Shown here: positions 51,087-64,000 of the stretch, piece after piece | Numbering within the stretch: position 1 is the first letter of the stretch | Layout: the number at the start of each line of letters is the position of its first letter | Source: Macrostomum lignano | Lineage: Eukaryota | Assembly (NCBI GenBank): GCA_002269645.1 | Contig: NIVC01001853.1 | Coordinates: 62,001 to 126,000 of the forward strand | Direction: 5' to 3' | DNA length: 64,000 nt | Made by a program: the position numbers and the translations under genes | The notes under the pieces: model-generated | Database searches by the model: none | What the model was told of the DNA's origin: nothing | The model's input: only the letters and a program-made list of their open reading frames with translations

Positions 51087-51359
51087 CTGCAGGTGTTGAG
51101 GCACAGACGGGGGTCTGGTATATAATTATCTGCAGATCAGGAAATTGCTACTCAGGTAAGTCAGGTAAGACCCCAGGTAAGTAGTATGATAAGTTTTTTG
51201 GAGTTTTAAAGTGGAATTAGAGATTCTCAGGCATACCTTGTCCTTGTCCTTGTCCGTACCTTGTCCGCTCAGCTGCCAATCTACATCTTTCGGCCCTTCA
51301 TCTCGCTCCGCTTTTTCTTTCCCCGCCTGGTCTCTTCCATCGCTTCTTCTAATGTATCT

Positions 51360-51593
51360 CTCTCCCTCTTATGTCTCTCCTTCTCTCCATCAATCTCTCT
51401 CTCTCTCTTTTATCTCACTCTCTTTCTCTCACTCTCTCTTACTCTCTCTCTCACTCTCTCTCTCTCTCACACACTCTTTTACCATCTCTCCTTCCCTCTC
51501 TCTCTCACTCTCTCTCTCACACTCTTTTACCATCTCTCCTTCCCTCTCTCTCTCACTCTCTCTCTCACACTCTTTTTTACCATCTCTCCTTCC

Positions 51594-51656
<63 letters not shown>

Positions 51657-51709
51657 ACTCTCTCTCTCTCACTCACTCTCTCTCTCTCACTCTCACTCTC
51701 TCTCACTCA

Positions 51710-51744
<35 letters not shown>

Positions 51745-51827
51745 AATCTCTCTCTCTCACTCTCTCTCTCTCACTCACTCTCTCTCTCTCTCACTCTCTC
51801 TCACTCTCTCTTACTCTCTCTCACTCA

Positions 51828-51858
<31 letters not shown>

Positions 51859-51885
51859 TCTCTCACTCTCTCACTCTCTCTCACG

Positions 51886-51926
<41 letters not shown>

Positions 51927-51941
51927 ACTCTCTCTCTCTCA

Positions 51942-51972
<31 letters not shown>

Positions 51973-52039
51973 ACTCTCTCTCTCACTCTCTCTCTCTCAC
52001 TCACTCTCTCTCTCTCTCACTTTCACTCTCTCTCTCTCA

Positions 52040-52072
<33 letters not shown>

Positions 52073-52244
52073 ACTCTCTCTTACTCTCTCTCTCACTCTC
52101 TCTCACTCTCTCTCTCTCTCTCACACACTCTTTTACCATCTCTCCTTCCCTCTCTCACTCACTCTCTCTCTCACACTCTTTTACCATCTCTCCTTCCCTC
52201 TCTCTCTCACTCTCTCTCTCACACTCTTTTTTACCATCTCTCCT

Positions 52245-52310
<66 letters not shown>

Positions 52311-52356
52311 ACTCTCTCTCTCTCACTCTCTCTCTCTCTCACTCTCACTCTCTCTC

Positions 52357-52395
<39 letters not shown>

Positions 52396-52580
52396 TTCTC
52401 TTTCTCTCTCTCACTCTCTCTCACTCTCTCTCTCTCACTCTCTCTCACTCTCTCTCACGCTCTCTCTCTCTCTCTCACTCTCTCTCTCTTTCTCTCTCTC
52501 ACTCTCTCTCTCACTCTCTCTCTCACTCTCTCTCTCTCTCTCTCTCTCACTCTCTCACTCTCTCACTCTCACTCTCACTC

Positions 52581-52611
<31 letters not shown>

Positions 52612-52720
52612 CTCACTCTCTCTCTCACTCTCTCTCTCTCTCTCTCTCTCACTCTCTCTCTCTCTCTCACTCACTCTCTCTCTCTCTCTCTCACTCTCTC
52701 ACTCTCACTCTCACTCTCTC
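51360..52720. repeat. (CT)n-rich tract
   Basis: Visible. Confidence 0.97.
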
Positions 52721-53259
52721 AGTTCCCCTGTCATCTTTCCCCATCGCATTAACTGACAAAACTACGACTCCAGGCCAGGCTGGCCCTCGCTCCATTCCTA
52801 AATATGGGAAATTTATGGCAATAAATGATGGGCCATACATTCTGTCCGATTCGGCAGCCGCATAATAAAGAATAGAAATTGATGTATTTAAGCCAAAAGA
52901 GAGCATTGGGGGGGGACGAAGCTGGAGTTGCCGGGCAGGTCGAATATCATCGACAATTCCATAGGCGAACTGAATTCTCATCAATAAGCCTCCGGGATTA
53001 AACGCTGAGCAGAGAGAGGGACTTAAGAAGATAAAAAACCGAGCCTCAGTGACGCCCTCGAAGGGAAGGCTTCGACGGGAAAATCCGATACCAAATGGGA
53101 TGTCACATTTGGGGTGTCTGCTTGATCACTGGGGTGTCCTGTCCATCTCAAGGACAGAGAAAAGTGTTTACTGTAAGACTAGGATTATAATTAATAAACA
53201 GGGATGTCTACTTGAAGCTGAGGTGTCCCAATGAGAACTGGGAAATGTCCGCCTCAACA

Positions 53260-55130
53260 TCGGGGTGTCCTACAGAATAGGACTGAACTGTCCTCTATAG
53301 TAATGGGGTGTCCATTATAGAACTTGGGTGTACACTATAGAACTGGGGTGTCCATAATAGGACTCATGGGATGTCCACTATAGTACTGGCGTGTCACTAT
53401 GAGACTGGGGTGTCCACTATAGGACTGGGTTGTCCACTATAGGATCTAGTTGTCCACTATAGGACTGGGGTGTCCACTATAGGACTGGGGTGTCCACTAT
53501 AGGACTGGGTGTCCATTATAGGATTAGGGTGTCCACTATAGTACTGAATGTCCACTATAGGACTAAGGTGTCCACCACAGGACTGGGGTGTCCACTATAG
53601 GATTGGGTGTCCACTATAGGATTGGGTGTCCACTATAGGACTAAGGTGTCCACCACAGGACTGGGGTGTCCACTATAGGATTGGGTGTCCACTATAGGAT
53701 TGGGTGTCCACTATAGGATTGGGTGTCCACTATAGGACTGGGGTGTCCACTATAGGACTGGGGTGTCCACTATAGGACTGGGGTGTCCACTATAGGACTG
53801 GGTGTCCATTATAGGATTAGGGTGTCCACTATAGTACTGAATGTCCACTATAGGACTAAGGTGTCCACCACAGGACTGGGGTGTCCACTATAGGATTGGG
53901 TGTCCACTATAGGATTGGGTGTCCACTATAGGACTAAGGTGTCCACCACAGGACTGGGGTGTCCACTATAGGATTGGGTGTCCACTATAGGATTGGGTGT
54001 CCACTATAGGACTAAGGTGTCCACCACAGGACTGGGGTGTCCACTATAGGATTGGGTGTCCACTATAGGATTGGGTGTCCACTATAGGATTGGGTGTCCA
54101 CTATAGGACTGGGGTGTCCACTATAGGACTGGGGTGTCCACTCTAGGACTGGGGTGTCCACTATAGGACTGGGTGTCCACTATAGGACTAAGGTGTCCAC
54201 CACAGGACTGGGGTGTCCATTATAGGATTAGGGTGTCCACTATAGTACTGAATGTCCACTATAGGACTAAGGTGTCCACCACAGGACTGGGGTGTCCACT
54301 ATAGGATTGGGTGTCCACTATAGGATTGGGTGTCCACTATAGGACTAAGGTGTCCACCACAGGACTGGGGTGTCCACTATAGGATTGGGTGTCCACTATA
54401 GGATTGGGTGTCCACTATAGGATTGGGTGTCCACTATAGGACTGGGGTGTCCACTATAGGACTGGGGTGTCCACTATAGGACTGGGGTGTCCACTATAGG
54501 ACTGGGTGTCCATTATAGGATTAGGGTGTCCACTATAGTACTGAATGTCCACTATAGGACTAAGGTGTCCACCACAGGACTGGGGTGTCCACTATAGGAT
54601 TGGGTGTCCACTATAGGATTGGGTGTCCACTATAGGACTAAGGTGTCCACCACAGGACTGGGGTGTCCACTATAGGATTGGGTGTCCACTATAGGATTGG
54701 GTGTCCACTATAGGACTAAGGTGTCCACCACAGGACTGGGGTGTCCACTATAGGATTGGGTGTCCACTATAGGATTGGGTGTCCACTATAGGATTGGGTG
54801 TCCACTATAGGACTGGGGTGTCCACTATAGGACTGGGGTGTCCACTCTAGGACTGGGGTGTCCACTATAGGACTGGGTGTCCATTATAGGATTAGGGTGT
54901 CCACTATAGTACTGAATGTCCACTATAGGACTAAGGTGTCCACCACAGGACTGGGGTGTCCAATATAGGATTGGGTGTCCACTATAGGACTGGGTGTCCA
55001 TTACAGGATTAGGGTGTCCACTATAGTACTGAATGTCCACTATAGGACTAAGGTGTCCACCAGAGGACTGGGGTGTCCACTATAGTGTAGGGGCGTCCAT
55101 TAGAAAAAGGTATCCATATGAAGATAGGGG
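53260..55130. repeat. 19-20-bp minisatellite (GTGTCCACTATAGGACTGGG)n with higher-order structure
   Basis: Visible; an ordered variant block recurs. Confidence 0.96.
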
Positions 55131-55444
55131 TGTCCACAGTCAGAAAAAATTATTCAGTTGATCAACTGGACGCCCACTTCAACATGGTGTTGTCCACACT
55201 TACATGACAGGTCTCCATTTCAACTCAATATGCAATGAAAATCTCGTGACCTGTTCTCCAACTCCGACCGGCAATATGTCTGTCAAGCAGGTGGGAAATA
55301 GGTATGGGTAAGTACGCTTGCACTGCCTGCCCTGCTCAGATAGTAAATCAATATCACCTGTCACTTTTTTCTGACCCAATGTTATCAGTAGCCCAGATTT
55401 CAAGGGGGACTGAAACCAAACCAATATGGCCTGTGGCTGAGCTG

Positions 55445-55621
<177 letters not shown>

Positions 55622-56199
55622 GTCCTATAATGCCTGAAAATGAGTTTTTGAGCCAAGACTTGGCACTCCAGCTTCCAGTTTAATGTCGCATTGGCCACCC
55701 CAGGCTGGTTAGCAAAGACCGGCCACTTTCCCGAAATCCAATAGTTCACAGGGAGCGCCCACGCTGTGAGCTCAATTTCGACCAGAACAGTTCCTTCCCT
55801 CTAGGAGAACAGCCGGGCAATTTGTGGAGAACTTTTCTCTCAAGCAAAGCAGCCGGTCCAGCTACCGTTTCCAGCACCCCAGGCAGCACTGGGCCAACTG
55901 ATTTTCTATCAGCCTCGTGTGAGAGGCCCTCAGCTCCGCGGCCGGCCCTCAATCTGCACCAACTCACGTTTGCCTATTTTTGGAGCACCCAATCTGAAGG
56001 CAGTTGGCTGCCCAATGAGACCCAACGACTTTGGCTGACCAGATTATATTGACTGCTTCACTGCCATCTACTGAATGCTGTTCGGTCTGCCACTCTTTTA
56101 TTAAATCTCCTTCCCCTTATCTGTGCCCACTGAATCTCTTTCCACCCTGTTCTCTGCCTTTTTGTTTCTGTCCCTTCTCACCCTTATATTCTTGTTTCT

Positions 56200-56960
56200 T
56201 CACATCTCTCTCCCCATCTCTCTCCCCATCTCTTTCTCCATCTCTCTCCCCATCTGTCTCCCCATCTCTCTCCCCATCTGCCTCCCTATCTCTCTCCCCA
56301 TCTGTCTCCCATCTCTCTCCCCATCTGTCTCCCCATCTCTCTCCCCATCTGCCTCCCTATCTCTCTCCCCATCTGTCTCCCATCTGTCTCCCCATCTCTC
56401 CCCATCTCTCTCCCTATCTCTCTCCATATCTGTCTCTCCATCTCTCTCGCCATCTCTCTCCCTATCTGTCTCCCTATCTGTCTCCCCATCTCTCTCGCCA
56501 TCTCTCTCCCTATCTGTCTCCCCATCTCTCTCCCCATCTCTCTCCCCATCTCTCTCGCCATCTCTCTCCCCATCTCTCTCCCCATCTCTCTCCCCATCTC
56601 TCTCCCTATCTCTCTCCCCATCTCTCTCCCCATCTCTCTCCCCATCTCTCTCCCTATCTCTCTCCCCATCTCTCTCCCCATCTCTCTCCCTATCTCTCTC
56701 CCCATCTCTCTCCTCATCTCTCTCCCTATCTCTCTCCCTATCTGTCTCTCCATCTCTCTCGCCATCTCTCTCCCTATCTGTCTCTTCATCTCTCTCCCTA
56801 TCTGTCTCTTTATCTCTCTCCCTATCTGTCTCTCCATCTCTCTCGCCATCTCTCTCCCTATCTGTCTCTTCATCTCTCTCCCTATCTGTCTCTGTATCTC
56901 TCTCCCTATCTGTCTCTCCATCTCTCTCGCCATCTCTCTCCCTATCTGTCTCTTCATCTC
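56200..56960. repeat. 12-bp CT-rich minisatellite (CCATCTCTCTCC)n
   Basis: Visible. Confidence 0.93.
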
Positions 56961-57794
56961 GCTAGAGCTCTCAGGGCACAGAATATTTTATCAGACTGAT
57001 TTGTATCAGAATCCGAGGGAAGGCAGGTTTGCAAAGAAGACAAAGAAGCAAGGAATGGAGACTGGCAACACGTGCCATCTGGGATTAGAACTCATTAGCC
57101 TAAAGGCCTGATAACCTATTTGAAAAGCTTCGAAAGAAAAGATTGAATGGAATTAACTGGTCACAGGTGGATGGTTAACAAGTGAATTAGATTTTAATTT
57201 TTTTAAATTCACCTTGTGGGAATAGAATAAAATGGAACAGTCAGTAGAAGCGATGCCCGAGTCACAAGTCACGTGATTGAACAACTGCCAAGAGGCATTG
57301 CGTGACACAGAGACCTGCTAATAATTAAACACGATCCAATGCCAGGGATAGGGAGGCAGCTGCCCGACTTGATTGTCATCTTTTAGCCTGGAATCGCATC
57401 GCCTACGCACAAAACATCTGGGGTCCCAGCTGTGCGGCCCGGGGGGAGTTGCACCGACTGGCTGCCTTTTTCCGCGTGCACAGAATCAACTTCATCAACA
57501 TCATCTAGCCCAGTTTCGTGTGAGTCACCGCTAAGCCATAAAATTGAGCAGTGCTCGCACATGGAGTCGGGTCGCTGGCAAAAATTTGTTATTAGTCTCA
57601 AATAATTTGTAATCCGAGAAATGATGAGAAGGAAGGCACAGAGAGAGGATTAAAACTTGGGGACTGGAACCTGGGGAAGCCGCTGCTCTAATGAGATGCA
57701 TTCGAAAAGCCGGTTTAAATGGTTCGTTAAATTTGTTATAAAACACACTTCCTAAATTGAATTTTAAACTCTCAACCACCGTAAATTCAAGTGT

Positions 57795-58025
57795 TTAATT
57801 TCGATACATATCGGACATCATAACTAAAGTGATTTTCGATACATATCGGGCATCATAACTAAAGTGATGTTCGATACATATCGGACATCATAACTAAAGT
57901 GATTTTCGATACATATCGGACTTCATAACTAAAGTGATTTTCGATACATATTGGAAATCCTAATTATTGTGATTTTCGATACATATCGGACATCATAATT
58001 AATATGATTTTCGATACATATCGGG
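57795..58025. repeat. 35-bp tandem repeat, 7 copies, with CGATACATATCG core
   Basis: Core at 57802, 57837, 57872, 57907, 57942 (variant), 57977 and 58012. Confidence 0.93.
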
Positions 58026-58359
58026 AACTTTATCTACTGTATTTTCATTACATAATGGGTAGTAAATGCACTCAAAATCAATTACAATTAGATCCCCAAA
58101 GGCTAACAGTGCTTGCACTTAGATCAAGGACATGTACAGCTAACTCATCACTCTTTCCTCATCCTCAAGTGATCTGTCATTCAAATATCATCGCTGAGCG
58201 GTAAAATTAAGTTAAGTTTTTTTGAGTGACTCCGTCAGGCAGGCAGTCCCTCCCAAGTATTTGCTACTCATAGGAATGCACTTTCACGGACGGACTTTGA
58301 CCACAGCTGGCCAGGGATTCTGCTAAATAATTATTTAGAGAGAACTGAGAATTGGAAAT

Positions 58360-58850
58360 GTACCTGTCATATCTCACGGGTCATATCTCACCTGTCATTT
58401 CTCAACTGTCATATCTCACCTGTCATTTCTCACCTGTCATATCTCACCTGCCATATCTCACCTGTCATATCTCATCTGTCATATCTCACCTGTCATATCT
58501 CACCTGTCATATCTCACCTGTCATATCTCACCTGTCATATCTCATCTGTAGTATCTCACCTGTCATATCTCACCTGTCATATCTCACCTGTCATATCTCA
58601 TCTGTTGTATCTCACCTGTCATATCTCACCTGTCATATCTCACCTGTCATATCTCACCTGTCATATCTCACCTGTCATATCTCACCTGTCATATCTCACC
58701 TGTCATATCTCATCTGTAGTATCTCCCCTGTCATATCTCACCTGTCATATCTCACCTGTCATATCTCATCTGTTGTATCTCACCTGTCATATCTCACCCT
58801 TCATATCTTATCTCTCATCTCTCATCTCCCGTATCTGCCATGCCTCTACT
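58360..58850. repeat. 14-bp minisatellite (TCACCTGTCATATC)n
   Basis: Visible. Confidence 0.94.
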
Positions 58851-59399
58851 AGCCTAACAAAGTAGCAGCCGTACTCTTTCGATACGTGAAGTAGCCCTCA
58901 AAAGTTGATTAATACCAGAAGGCAGGTAGGGAAGCACACACGCCCAGTCTCCCTACTCCAACATCAGTTTCCTTACAGCGGCATATTTTCCTACAACTTC
59001 GAGGACTGAAAATTTCTGCTACAAAATCCTCCTTGCTAAGTGTAGGAGACGATAAGGAGCCTGAGAAGCCTCATAAGTAGCAAAAATCCACTGAGATTTG
59101 CATGCATCCATCCTGCATAGGATAAAATTTGAGAGCAAAATCTGTACATTGCCTCATCTTAAATCCTAGATTTTATCCTTGTCAATGTCCTCGCTATTCC
59201 CAATGCGTGTCAGTGCGAGAGTCTGTCTGTCTGTATTTACAGCGAATGTCCTGCGCAGTGGCTTATCTTTTTCCTGGAAAATATTGACGCTTCCGAACTG
59301 GAGGGACGAAAATATTTTGGCAATATGTTTATGGGGATGTTTTTTAACATAGGAACAGATCAGGTCTCTGAAAGCTTTATAAAATTAAAAGGCTTGATA

Positions 59400-60440
59400 A
59401 AAAGTTTGGGATAAAATTCACTCTTGAATTTTAAAAGCAGCCACAGCAGCAGCAATCTTGCGCACGGCCAGAAAAACCAGAAGAGATTTTTAACAGAATT
59501 AAATTTTTGTTCAACGGATGGAGCAGCCGTGCGAAAACACTGCGGGAGCGGCATGGTACACTTGGCCAAGCCTCATCCTGCGGGTGATTGAACCTCTCAT
59601 CTCTCATTTCTCATCTCTCATTTCTCATCTCTCATTTCTCATCTCTCATTTCTCATCTCTCATTTCTCATCTCTCATTTCTCATCTCTCATTTCTCATCT
59701 CTCATTTCTCATCTCTCATTTCTTATCCCTCATTTCTCATCTCATTTCTAATCTCTCATTTCTCATCTCTCATTTCTCACCTCTCATTTCTCATCTCTCA
59801 TTTCTTATCTCTCATTTCTCATCTCATTTCTAATCTCTCATTTCTCATCTCTCATTTCTCATCTCTCATTTCTCATCTATCATCTCTCGTCTTTCATCTC
59901 TCATCTCTCCTCTTTGATCTCTGATCTCTGATTTCTCATCTCTCATCTCTCTCATCTCTCATTTCTCATCTCTGATCACCCATCTCTCATCTCTTATTTC
60001 TTCATCTCATCTCTCATCTCTCATTTTTCATCTCTCATCTCTCATCTCTCATATTTTAATCCCTCAACTCTCCTCTGTCGTCTCTCATCTCTTATCTCTT
60101 ACCTCTCATATCGCATTTCATAACTTGCAAAATTTTCGAGTGCCAATAAATCACAGAGACTTAAAAAATCTTCAGAAATTCCACCAACTTGAAAGCAAAA
60201 GACGCGGGCGCGCTCCACACTTCATTTGACTTCTAAAAGCAGCAGCAGCAACCTTGCGTACGCCAAGAAAAAAGCCAGAAGAGATTTTTTTCTGTTCGAC
60301 AGAAGAAGCAGCCATGCGAAAACCATTGCGAGCCCTGGGAGCGACATTGTTGTACACTTGGCCAAGCCTCATCATGCTGGGGTTTGAACCTGCCAGGCAG
60401 TTTTGACAGCCAACCACTCAGGGTCAAGCCATGCCTTCCC
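59400..60440 (-). mobile_element. Two related ~200-bp copies (59400-59595, 60200-60440), possibly a tRNA-headed SINE
   Basis: Shared GAAAAA(G)CCAGAAGAGATTTT, GCAGCC(G/A)TGCGAAAAC and TACACTTGGCCAAGCCTCATC blocks. The second copy has a B-box-like GGTTCAAACC on the minus strand. Confidence 0.4.
59595..60115. repeat. (CTCATTTCTCAT)n / (TCTCA)n repeat
   Basis: Visible. Confidence 0.92.
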
Positions 60441-60780
60441 GACTGCAGTTGGTTCCTACACGGAAAATCCATCCGGTTTGTTCTTGACTTGGCGCGCACT
60501 TTTCTGCCACTTTTTATGGCTTTTTGGTTTTTTAAGAAACTTATAATAGTAATGGATAAATTGAAACTTGCTGTGTGGAGACTTTTTAAATCTCTGTTAT
60601 TCTATATCTTACGAGTACATTTCTCAGCCTCCATTTCATACTCAGTGCTGTATCTCCATCAAGCTACTTCTCAGCCTCCTTCTCATTCTCACTTCTCTGT
60701 CTTCATCAATCTTTTTTCAGACTCCTTCTCATTCTCACTGCACTACCACTATCAACCTACTTCTCAGTCATCAGTAATCA

Positions 60781-61330
<550 letters not shown>

Positions 61331-61809
61331 TATATAAAACCTAATATCTATAACCTAAGTGTCTCATAAAAAACCTCCATATTACCCTGGACTCCAGCTC
61401 TCACAGTCAAAACATAACAAAACTAACGAAGTTTAAAAAAACACTCCCAAAAAAACATTTAGTAAATGCAAACCTAAAAAAACAGATCTAGTTTGAACTT
61501 GCAGTGATTGGAAATCAGAACAATGACATTCCATGGTGTTTATTCCAAAGCTCTTCATTCCAAAAAAATCGCCCAATTGTTTCTGCATAACAAAATAAAA
61601 ACAGTTCAAAACTTTGCTTGGGACATTTGTAGGTAAACCGCAGTTGCAATATGCTGTACTCTTAAAAATGCAATGCTTTGCATAATTTTACACAGCAGGT
61701 TTTCGACATGCATGCCTCCCTTGCTTTAATTGTTTTCTGGGAGTTGACTGTGTTAGCTTGCACTTTAGTTATTTTCTTGCATATCTACCATTTTGACTTT
61801 TCTACATGT

Positions 61810-62665
61810 ATCTCTCATCTCTCATCTCTCATCTCTCATATCTCATCTCTCATCTATCATCTCTCATCTCTCATCTCGCATCTCTCATCTCTCATCTCTC
61901 ATATCTCATCTCTCATCTCTTATCTCGCATCTCTCATCTCGCATCTCTCATCTCTCATCTCTCATATCTCATCTCTCATCTCTTATCTCTCATCTCTCAT
62001 CTCTCATCTCTTATCTCTCATCTCTTATCTCGCATCTCTTATCGTTCATCTCTCATCTCTGATCTCTAATCTCTCATCTTTAATCTCTCGTGTCTCATGT
62101 CTCATCTCCATCTGCCATCTCTCATTGTTTATCTCTCATCTCTCATCTCTCATATCTCATCTCTCATCTCTTATCTCTCATCTCTCATCTCGCATCTCTC
62201 ATCTCTCATCTCTCATATCTCATCTCTCATCTCTTATCTCTCATCTCTCATCTCGCATCTCTCATCTCTCATCTCTCATATCTCATCTCTCATCTCTTAT
62301 CTCTCATCTCTCATCTCGCATCTCTCATCTCTCATCTCTCATATCTCATCTCTCATCTCTTATCTCTCATCTCTCATCTCGCATCTCTCATCTCTCATCT
62401 CTCATATCTCATCTCTCATCTCTTATCTCTCATCTCTCATCTCGCATCTCTCATCTCTCATCTCTCATATCTCATCTCTCATCTCTTATCTCTCATCTCT
62501 CATCTCTCATCTCTTATCTCGCATCTCTCATATCTCATCTCTCATCTCTTATCTCGCATCTCTTATCGTTCATCTCTCATCTCTGATCTCTAATCTCTCA
62601 TCTTTAATCTCTCGTGTCTCATGTCTCATCTCCATCTGCCATCTCTCATTGTTTATCTCTCATCT
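61810..62665. repeat. (TCTCA)n-based repeat with higher-order periodicity
   Basis: Visible. Confidence 0.93.
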
Positions 62666-63059
62666 CTCCTCTTTTTCATTTCTCGTATTTTATTTTTTCT
62701 GTAAATTTTCATTCCTTTATTTTGTCTTTCAATTTTATTTCATTTATCTATTCCTTGTTTAATACATTAGTTGCTCTCTCTCTCTCTCTTCTTATATATA
62801 ATCTCACATATCTCACCTCACTTATTACCTTATCATATTTTTCCTTATCTTTTCTATTATTCAAGTACAAATTGCAATTATTCACATTTTGAAATCCTCT
62901 CATCTGACCCTCACCAACCAAACCATTCAATCCAACCTCAATTACTCAATGGATTTTTCTTTCCTCAGCCTCATCAAACAGTCTCACTTACCTATTAATC
63001 CGGGTCTTCCCCACTGCATCGGCTGTGTTTCTCCCACTTCAGGCCTGTCAGTCTCTGCT

Positions 63060-63240
63060 TCTAGAAAGCCAGAAGCAGCTCTGGCTCTGCTTCTGCGAGG
63101 GCTACACTGGCTATTAAAAGACTGGAGGCTGTCTTGGAATCTTAAGGGGGGGAGGTTTCGGGATGGAGAGAACGCCCCCAGGCATCTCCTGGCTTTAATC
63201 TTTCCCGAAATCTGTAAGGCTCAGGCATTAGTCTTCCTAT
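63060..63240 (+). mobile_element. Degraded LINE (L2/CR1-like) RT C-terminal fragment
   Basis: LLRGLHWLLKDWRL...GENAPRHLLALI resembles the LxxLHWLPxxxRI...GxAPxYLxxL motif. Confidence 0.35.
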
Positions 63241-63439
63241 AACTAACTCTCTGAGAGAAAACCTACTCAGGGCAAGTCCATGAGACGGGCAGAGCACTGA
63301 CGGTCAGAAATTTGAAAAGACGCAAAAGAGAGATGGACGGTTTAACAGGCAAAGCAGGTTGAAGCAGATAGCAGCACAACCTGATGTGGTACTTCAGGAT
63401 GCTCCCATGGGGATATGAAAATCTAAGACTGGAGTGACG

Positions 63440-64000
63440 AGGGAGAGGGAGATAGGGGTGAGATAGAGACAGGGTGAGATAAAGACAGCTGAGATAAAGA
63501 CAGAGGTGTGAGAGGGAGACAGAGAGGTGAGAGGGAGACAGAGGTGTGAGAGGGAGACAGAGGTGTGAGAGGGAGACAAAGGTGTGAGAGGGAGACAGAG
63601 GTGAGAGGGAGACAGAGGTGTGAGAGGGAGACAGAGAGGTGAGAGGGAGACAGAGGTGAGAGGGAGACAGAGGTGAGAGGGGGACAGAGGTGAGAGGGAG
63701 ACAGAGGTGAGAGGGAGACAGAGGAGAGAGGGAGACAGAGAGGTGAGAGGGAGACAGAGTTGTGAGAGGGAGACAGAGGTGTGAGAGGGAGACAGAGGTG
63801 TGAGAGGGAGACAGAGGTGAGAGGGAGACAGAGGTGTGAGAGGGAGACAGAGAGGTGAGAGGGAGACAGAGGTGAGAGGGAGACAGAGGTGAGAGGGGGA
63901 CAGAGGTGAGAGGGAGACAGAGGTGAGAGGGAGACAGAGGTGAGAGGGAGACAGAGGTGTGAGAGGGAGACAGAGGTGAGAGGGAGACAGAGGTGTGAGA
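63440..64000. repeat. ~17-bp GA-rich minisatellite (GAGAGGGAGACAGAGGT)n, runs off the window
   Basis: Visible. Confidence 0.93.

Noticed and set aside
52990-53060. Penelope-like segment (LNAEQREGLKKIKNR)
   Set aside because: One short motif with surrounding stops; unsupported.

Overview
Eukaryotic (animal) genomic DNA with spliceosomal GT-AG introns. GC-rich, polyQ/polyA-rich exons sit among dense, diverse minisatellites, which suggests the free-living flatworm Macrostomum or a similar invertebrate (inference only). Two genes converge tail to tail. (1) Plus strand, <1-6967: a spliced gene that I reconstruct as ankyrin repeats fused to a cGAS-like (cGLR/Mab-21) nucleotidyltransferase plus a helical C-terminal tail. 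It carries one in-frame stop and four frameshifts, so it is probably a pseudogene. Its first intron holds a THAP-encoding P-like element nested in a MITE, and a LINE RT fragment. (2) Minus strand, 9097->51086: the 3' part of a dystrophin gene (spectrin repeats, WW, EF-hands, ZZ, syntrophin-binding motifs, coiled coils). Twelve exons (ten confident, two AT-rich candidates) can be joined with consistent phases. An intronic 1.57-kb ATG-initiated exon (39810-41376) looks like the alternative first exon of a short dystrophin isoform with a unique ~522-aa N-terminus. A tRNA-Ser(UGA) lies in a dystrophin intron. Nearly every dystrophin splice donor is followed closely by its own distinct tandem array. 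Most long ORFs in the supplied track are repeat artefacts. Exon coordinates were read by hand; repeat boundaries are approximate.
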